Assembly: GCA_904501845.1 (NCBI GenBank)
Contig: CAJGCH010000001.1
Location: forward strand, 1 to 35,511
DNA from: an uncultured Bacillaceae bacterium
Lineage (GTDB): Bacteria; Bacillota; Bacilli; Bacillales; Pradoshiaceae
Direction of reading: 5' to 3'
DNA: 35,511 bases
Shown: positions 29,813-35,511 of the stretch, in pieces
How the letters are laid out: each line of letters starts with the position of its first letter
How positions within the stretch are numbered: the first letter of the stretch is position 1
The notes under the pieces: model-generated
What the model saw: only the letters and a program-made list of their open reading frames with translations
Told to the model about the DNA's origin: nothing
Databases searched by the model: none
Made by a program: the position numbers and the translations under genes

Positions 29813-30078
29813 AATTCCAATGATGGTGAAGAGTAATTTTGATCCCACATGAAAAGAGAGGAAACGTCCTGGCTGAAAACGTTTCTGCATGTGCCTTAAT
29901 GAACGAACACACCGTAGGATTCTCCCTGAAAAATCTCGCATCTAGTAGGGGCTGAACGTTCACAGGCGTTAACTGTTAAAGTGGGGAGACGTTTTTTTAG
30001 GTCTCCAACTAGGGTGGCACCGCGGGTAACAACTCCCGTCCCTTGCAATTAGCATGGGATGGGAGTTGTTTTTATTTT
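29813..30078 (+). promoter_or_regulatory. T-box riboswitch (transcriptional)
   Basis: Stem I with K-turn, AGTA/GAA loop E, AG bulge and GCTGA distal loop. T-box AGGGTGGCACCGCGG at 30011-30025. Terminator AACAACTCCCGTCCC...GGGATGGGAGTTGTT plus T-run. Confidence 0.95.
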
Positions 30079-30145
30079 ACCTAAAAATACCTTTTCATTC
30101 CATTGGGGAATTAGGATATAGAGCAAATTAAGGAGGAAGTTTCAG

Positions 30146-31423
30146 ATGGCTGTTCAAATTCCAAGAGGAACTCAGGATATTCTTCCTGGCGAATCAGAAA
30201 AATGGCAGTATATTGAACGGGTTGCGAAGGACCTATGTGACCTGTATCAATACGAAGAAATACGCACACCAATCTTTGAAAGCACAGAGCTTTTTGAAAA
30301 AGGTGTAGGGGATACAACGGACATCGTCCAAAAAGAGATGTACACATTCACCGATAAAGGCAATAGAAGCTTGACTCTTCGCCCTGAAGGAACAGCAGCA
30401 GTCGTTCGTTCCTTTGTCGGAAATAAAATGCACGGAAATGCGGTTCAGCCGGTTAAGCTCTATTACAATGGACCGATGTTCCGTTACGAGCGCCCGCAGG
30501 CTGGCCGTTTCCGCCAGTTTGTCCAATTTGGCGTTGAGGCGCTCGGAAGCTCAGATCCGGCAATCGATGCAGAAGTCATCTCACTTGCGATGAATATCTA
30601 TAAAAAAGTCGGCTTAAAGAATACGAAGCTTATCATCAACAGCCTTGGTGATAAAGAAAGCCGCACCAAGCACAGAGAGGCATTGATCAAGCATTTTGAA
30701 CCGCGTATCGGCGAGTTCTGCTCCAATTGCAAAAGCCGCTTAGAGCGCAATCCCCTTCGTATCCTTGATTGCAAGGAGGACCGTAATCACGAGCTGATGA
30801 ATACAGCGCCGGCAATCATTGATTACTTGAATGAGGAATCCTTGGACTATTTCAAAAAGGTCACTTCTTACTTAGATGGAATCGGAATAGCCTATACCGT
30901 GGATCCGAAATTGGTTCGCGGGTTGGATTATTATAACCATACGGCTTTTGAAATCATGCTTGATTCAGAAGGATTTGGCGCCATTACGACCCTTTGCGGC
31001 GGCGGCCGGTACAATGGATTGGTCCAAGATATGGGCGGTCCTGAAACACCGGGCATCGGATTCGCATTCAGCATCGAACGCCTGCTGTCAGCGCTTGAGG
31101 CAGAAAAAATCGAGTTGCCGATTGAGAAAAAAGTTGATTGCTTCATCGTCTCTCTTGGAGAAGCGGCACAGGATTATTCGGTAAAGCTTGTCAATGATCT
31201 TCGTTTAAATGGGATTTCTGCTGAGAAAGACTATTCGGGCCGGAAGGCAAAAGGTCAGTTCAAAGCGGCCGATCGTGTACATGCGAGATATGTGGCAGTC
31301 CTTGGTGAAGATGAATTGAAAGAAAATCAAATTGCGCTAAAAGATATGGAAACTGGAGAGCAGCAAACCATTGCGCTACCTGACCTTGTTACAGTATTAC
31401 AATCTAAACTTGGCAGTATTTGA
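30146..31423 (+). CDS. hisS: Histidine--tRNA ligase
   Basis: [29 protein letters not shown]. Confidence 0.99.
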   Translation: MAVQIPRGTQDILPGESEKWQYIERVAKDLCDLYQYEEIRTPIFESTELFEKGVGDTTDIVQKEMYTFTDKGNRSLTLRPEGTAAVVRSFVGNKMHGNAVQPVKLYYNGPMFRYERPQAGRFRQFVQFGVEALGSSDPAIDAEVISLAMNIYKKVGLKNTKLIINSLGDKESRTKHREALIKHFEPRIGEFCSNCKSRLERNPLRILDCKEDRNHELMNTAPAIIDYLNEESLDYFKKVTSYLDGIGIAYTVDPKLVRGLDYYNHTAFEIMLDSEGFGAITTLCGGGRYNGLVQDMGGPETPGIGFAFSIERLLSALEAEKIELPIEKKVDCFIVSLGEAAQDYSVKLVNDLRLNGISAEKDYSGRKAKGQFKAADRVHARYVAVLGEDELKENQIALKDMETGEQQTIALPDLVTVLQSKLGSI

Positions 31424-31435
31424 GGAGGAAGTAGG

Positions 31436-33220
31436 ATGTTTGGGAGAACATATTTTTGTGGTGAAGTACCAGAGAAAGCGATAGGAGAAACAATCACAAT
31501 TAAAGGATGGGTACAAAAGCGAAGAGATCTTGGCGGTCTAATCTTCATCGATCTTCGTGACCGGACAGGGATTGTCCAAGTTGTATTTAATCCTGATGCC
31601 TCACCGGAAGCGCTCGGCACAGCGGAAAAAATCAGAAGTGAATATGTACTTAGCGTAACTGGGAAAGTCATTGCCCGTGAGGGAGGCACCGTCAACAAAA
31701 ACTTGAAGACAGGTTCTATTGAGATCCTTGCTTCTGAGGTGACGATTCTAAATGAAGCCAAGACACCTCCTTTTACCATTACGGATAATACAGATGCATC
31801 AGAGGATATCCGTTTAGCCTACCGTTATTTAGATTTGCGCCGTCCTGCTATGTTTGAAACATTCAAGATGAGACATCAAACAACGAAGGCGATTCGCAAT
31901 TTCCTTGACTCCGAAGGATTCCTGGACATCGAGACGCCAATCTTAACAAAGAGTACGCCGGAGGGAGCGCGTGACTATTTAGTCCCAAGCCGTGTGCATG
32001 AAGGAGAATTCTATGCATTGCCTCAATCTCCGCAAATCTTTAAGCAATTGCTGATGGTTTCAGGCTTTGAACGTTATTATCAAATCGCCCGCTGCTTCCG
32101 TGACGAAGACTTGCGTGCCGATCGCCAGCCGGAATTCACACAAATTGATATCGAAACAAGCTTCATGAGCCAAGAGGATATCATGAGCATGACCGAGCGC
32201 ATGATGCAGAAGGTCATGAAGGAAGTAAAAGGAATAGAGATTTCTCTTCCGCTTCCACGCTTGACGTATAAGGATGCAATGGGCAGATATGGCTCTGATA
32301 AACCTGATACTCGTTTCGGCATGGAACTGATTGACTTAAGCGAAGTAGTGAAGGATTCTGGATTTAAGGTATTCGCTTCAGCAGTCGCGAACGGCGGCGA
32401 AGTTAAAGCCCTAAATATTAAAGGTGCTGCAGCGAATTATTCCAGAAAAGACATCGATGCTTTAGGTGAATTCGCAGGCCGCTACGGAGCAAAAGGTCTT
32501 GCTTGGATGAAGATGGAGGAAGAAGGCTTAAAAGGCCCAATCGCGAAATTCTTCCAAGATGAAGAAGGCGAAGCGTTGATTGAGGCAACCGAAGCGCAGA
32601 GTGGAGACTTATTAGTCTTTGTGGCTGACAAGAAATCCGTCGTGGCTGATTCCCTTGGCGCGCTTCGCGTGAAGCTTGGTAAAGAGCTGAAGCTGATTGA
32701 TGAGAGCAAATTCAACTTCCTGTGGGTGACGGACTGGCCATTATTCGAATATGATGAGGAAGAAGGCAGATACTATGCCGCCCATCATCCATTCACAATG
32801 CCTGTGCGTGAGGACTTGGCCATGCTTGATGAAAATCCTATCGAAGTCAAAGCACAAGCCTATGACCTTGTACTAAATGGATATGAGCTTGGCGGAGGAA
32901 GCCTGCGTATTTTCGAGCGTGATATTCAAGAAAGAATGTTTGAAGCACTTGGATTTACGAAAGAAGAAGCAAACGAACAATTCGGATTCCTTATGGAAGC
33001 ATTCGAATATGGTACGCCTCCACACGGTGGAATCGCCCTTGGACTCGATCGTTTAGTCATGCTTCTTTCTGGCAGCACGAATCTTCGTGATACCATTGCC
33101 TTCCCGAAAACGGCAAGCGCGAGCTGCATGCTGACAAAAGCGCCTGGCGAAGTATCAGATAGCCAGCTTGAAGAACTTAGTCTAAAGGTCACGAAAAAGG
33201 AAAGTACCTTGAAAAAATGA
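31436..33220 (+). CDS. aspS: Aspartate--tRNA ligase
   Basis: [45 protein letters not shown]. Confidence 0.99.
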   Translation: MFGRTYFCGEVPEKAIGETITIKGWVQKRRDLGGLIFIDLRDRTGIVQVVFNPDASPEALGTAEKIRSEYVLSVTGKVIAREGGTVNKNLKTGSIEILASEVTILNEAKTPPFTITDNTDASEDIRLAYRYLDLRRPAMFETFKMRHQTTKAIRNFLDSEGFLDIETPILTKSTPEGARDYLVPSRVHEGEFYALPQSPQIFKQLLMVSGFERYYQIARCFRDEDLRADRQPEFTQIDIETSFMSQEDIMSMTERMMQKVMKEVKGIEISLPLPRLTYKDAMGRYGSDKPDTRFGMELIDLSEVVKDSGFKVFASAVANGGEVKALNIKGAAANYSRKDIDALGEFAGRYGAKGLAWMKMEEEGLKGPIAKFFQDEEGEALIEATEAQSGDLLVFVADKKSVVADSLGALRVKLGKELKLIDESKFNFLWVTDWPLFEYDEEEGRYYAAHHPFTMPVREDLAMLDENPIEVKAQAYDLVLNGYELGGGSLRIFERDIQERMFEALGFTKEEANEQFGFLMEAFEYGTPPHGGIALGLDRLVMLLSGSTNLRDTIAFPKTASASCMLTKAPGEVSDSQLEELSLKVTKKESTLKK

Positions 33221-33237
33221 GATAATTCTGATAAGAT
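33209..33237 (+). promoter_or_regulatory. sigmaA promoter of 6S RNA
   Basis: TTGAAA-17 bp-TAAGAT with TGn extension. The -35 lies within the last aspS codons. Confidence 0.75.
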
Positions 33238-33248
33238 ATAAATCAAAT

Positions 33249-33434
33249 GACGTCCTGAAGTGTACGTTATGCAACCTTATTGTTTTGACCGAACATTTCT
33301 TTTAACGGGAGTCCGGCGTTTACCGTTTGCACAAATGCCTTGTCTGAGGGGACTTGTAACAGAACGGAACAGGACACCCACCTGCCGAGGGCGGGCCAAA
33401 GCATCAGGCATCAAACGGCACATGTCGGGACGTC
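33249..33434 (+). ncRNA. ssrS: 6S RNA (6S-1/bsrA-type)
   Basis: Complementary ends GACGTCCTGA...TCGGGACGTC. Blocks TTTGACCGAACA, GGGAG, CACCCACCTG, AACGGCAC. Located between aspS and tcdA as in B. subtilis. Confidence 0.93.
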
Positions 33435-33456
33435 TGTACATACGTTTTTACGGTTT

Positions 33457-33489
33457 TCCGCCTTGCATTTGTGCAGGGCGGATTTTTTT
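33457..33489 (+). terminator. Terminator after 6S RNA
   Basis: TCCGCCTTGCA-TTTG-TGCAGGGCGGA plus T-run. Confidence 0.9.
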
Positions 33490-33643
33490 ATTATCTATAT
33501 CATTTAAACGTATCTGTAATATATGATATGATTTTATCTGGTTTACATGGCTTTACTGACCGTTTGAATGAAATAGAATGTTTAGAATTGGATTACAAGG
33601 AAAATAACAAAAGAAATTAACTTATATTGGAGTGTTTGAATTT

Positions 33644-34405
33644 ATGCTGCATCAATTTTCCCGAAATGAGCTTGCCATTGGTAAAGACGGGCTTGAAACA
33701 TTGAAGAATACCTCTGTCGCCATTCTTGGAATCGGAGGAGTTGGATCGTTTGCGGTTGAAGCTTTGGCGCGCTCCGGAGTGGGGCGCCTAATCCTGGTGG
33801 ATAAGGATGATATTGATATTACCAATGTCAATCGTCAAATCCATGCCCTGTTATCGACGGTCGGACAGCAAAAGGTCGATGCGATGAAAACACGCATCCT
33901 GGAAATAAATCCGGATTGTGATGTCGTTGCCTTGAAGATGTTTTATACAGAGGAAACCTATGAGGAATTCTTTGCACAGAAGCCGGACTTTGTCATCGAT
34001 GCTTCTGACACGATCATTTACAAAATCCATTTAATGAAGGAATGTTTGCAGCGCGGAATTCCGATGATCTCCAGCATGGGAGCGGCTAACAAGATGGACC
34101 CGACAAGATTTAAAATCGCGGATATCTCTAAAACTCATACAGACCCGCTGGCAAAGGTCATCCGCACAAAGCTGAGAAAAGAAGGTATTCATAAAGGAAT
34201 CCCCGTTATTTTCTCAGATGAGAGCCCCATCGTGCCAAAGATGGAAGTGACAAAAGAGGTCGGCAATCAAGAGGCGGACATACGCAAAGCGAAATTCCCG
34301 CCATCCTCCAATGCCTTTGTTCCATCGGCAGCCGGATTAATTGCGGCGAGCTGGGTGGTTAAAGAAGCCTTGAAAGATATCAAATTAACTCGCGTAAATG
34401 ATTAA
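33644..34405 (+). CDS. tcdA: tRNA threonylcarbamoyladenosine dehydratase (YrvM)
   Basis: ThiF fold GIGGVG, DKDDIDITNVNRQ, SSMGAANK, DPLAKVIR. Start at MLHQF. Confidence 0.95.
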   Translation: MLHQFSRNELAIGKDGLETLKNTSVAILGIGGVGSFAVEALARSGVGRLILVDKDDIDITNVNRQIHALLSTVGQQKVDAMKTRILEINPDCDVVALKMFYTEETYEEFFAQKPDFVIDASDTIIYKIHLMKECLQRGIPMISSMGAANKMDPTRFKIADISKTHTDPLAKVIRTKLRKEGIHKGIPVIFSDESPIVPKMEVTKEVGNQEADIRKAKFPPSSNAFVPSAAGLIAASWVVKEALKDIKLTRVND

Positions 34406-34416
34406 TTTAACGAGCG

Positions 34417-34457
34417 AAATCAAAAAGCCCAGGCAAATAGGCCGGGCTTTTTGATTT
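34417..34457 (+). terminator. Terminator after tcdA
   Basis: AAATCAAAAAGCCC...GGGCTTTTTGATTT. Confidence 0.85.
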
Positions 34458-34622
34458 GGCTGGAGCTTGTTACTTTAATAAAAAATTAGTGTATTATTAT
34501 CCTAAAAGTATCCCATTAATCCTTCTTCCCATTGGAAATCAATTGAGTTGAGCGGGTAAAATGGGTAAATTTAAAAAGCTCTTAATTGTGAGACAATCAA
34601 ACTTATCCAGGAGGAATTCATA

Positions 34623-35249
34623 TTGAATCTATTAGTTGTTAAAGCCAATAATCGTCCAGATGGAATATCAACAAAAATGTATGAGACATACATAGCAGAG
34701 GCAAAGAAACAGGGACTAAATGTTACGACCTTTGATGTATTTGCAGAAGATATGCCATACTTTGGCCAAGATTTATTCAATGCCCTTGGCAAGCTGCAAA
34801 ATAAAGCGGAATTGACGGAGGCAGAAGCAAGGCTATTAGCTGCAAAACAAAAAGCGAAAGATGCAGTTGCGGCAGCAGATATCATCGTATTTGCCTTCCC
34901 TTTATGGAACTTGACGATTCCAGCGCCACTACACACATTCTTTGATTATATTTTCGAAGCGGGCTTCTCGTTCCGCTATAATGAGAAAGGCCAGCTTGAG
35001 GGTCTAATGAGCGATAAAAAAGCCATCATCCTATGTGCAAGAGGCGGCGTTTACTCAACGCCTGAAATGGAGCCTCTTGAAATGGCTGCAAATTATGTAC
35101 GTCATGCAATCGGTATGTTCGGCATGCAGGTGGTGGATGAGATCATCATTGAGGGTCATAACGCTAATCCTGCAAAAGCGGAGGAAATCGTTGCTGCAGG
35201 TTTAGAAAAAGTGAAGGCATCTGTTTATAAATTTTACCAATTTGCCTAA
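34623..35249 (+). CDS. azoR: FMN-dependent NADH-azoreductase / quinone reductase (AzoR/AcpD family)
   Basis: FAFPLWNLTIPA, AGFSFRY...G..GL, ARGGVYS, IEGH. TTG start after AGGAGG. Confidence 0.9.
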   Translation: MNLLVVKANNRPDGISTKMYETYIAEAKKQGLNVTTFDVFAEDMPYFGQDLFNALGKLQNKAELTEAEARLLAAKQKAKDAVAAADIIVFAFPLWNLTIPAPLHTFFDYIFEAGFSFRYNEKGQLEGLMSDKKAIILCARGGVYSTPEMEPLEMAANYVRHAIGMFGMQVVDEIIIEGHNANPAKAEEIVAAGLEKVKASVYKFYQFA

Positions 35250-35252
35250 AAG

Positions 35253-35301
35253 GAGCTGTCCCGAATAGTCGGATTGTCCGACTTGCCGGGGCAGTTTTTT
35301 T
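35253..35301 (+). terminator. Long hairpin/terminator after azoR
   Basis: GAGCTGTCCCG...AGTCGGA-TTG-TCCGACT...CGGGGCAGTTTTTTT. Confidence 0.8.
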
Positions 35302-35409
35302 GAAGGCAGATTAATGCTTTATATTTGCCGTCCCTTCAAAAGTCCAATATGATGAAATTATAGTCAGAAAGTATGAAGTATATTTCTTGAAGGAAGCAGG
35401 GGATTTCTT

Positions 35410-35511
35410 ATGAAAAATGTATATGTTATCACCGGCGGAACCGGCGGTATGGGGAAAGCTGCAGCAGAGCTTGTAGGAAAAAAGGGCATCGTGCTATTGG
35501 CAGATATTTCA
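35410..35511 (+). CDS. Short-chain dehydrogenase/reductase, 3' end outside window
   Basis: My translation MKNVYVITGGTGGMGKAAAELVGKKGIVLLADIS has the TGxxxGxG motif and an Asp at the end of beta-2. Not in the ORF track. Confidence 0.8.
   Translation, partial: MKNVYVITGGTGGMGKAAAELVGKKGIVLLADIS

Noticed and set aside
33260..33526. 88-aa ORF after aspS
   Set aside because: Overlaps the 6S RNA and its terminator; no RBS or recognisable motif.

Overview
Core chromosomal region of an endospore-forming Bacillaceae bacterium, largely syntenic with the Bacillus subtilis spoIVF-to-yrvM interval. Gene order: spoIVFA (5'-truncated), spoIVFB, an RNase E/G-family gene, L21 leader, rplU-prp-rpmA, spo0B-obg-thrR(pheB)-pheA, niaR (minus), safA, a spore-kinase-like phosphotransferase, bofC, ruvAB-yrzS-queA-tgt-yajC, yrzE (minus), yrbG, spoVB (minus), comN, secDF, a LapA-like membrane protein, recJ-apt, rel-dtd, yrvJ amidase (minus), yrzK, T-box-hisS-aspS, 6S RNA, tcdA, an azoreductase and the start of an SDR. 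I see no mobile element, prophage, CRISPR array, tRNA or rRNA, and no clearly novel multi-gene system. The most interesting signals are small. (1) The hisS-aspS T-box specifier loop best reads AAC (Asn), overlapped by GAA (Glu) and CAC (His), with a UGGC antiterminator bulge. (2) niaR stands alone, without nifS-nadBCA. (3) An RNase G-like gene has intact catalytic motifs. (4) SafA carries a 15-bp Q/N-rich tandem repeat. (5) QueA and Obg have substitutions in conserved motifs. (6) yrzE may start at ATC. (7) There are a few unexplained palindromes. Gene calls come from motif recognition and recalled synteny; no database search was run.
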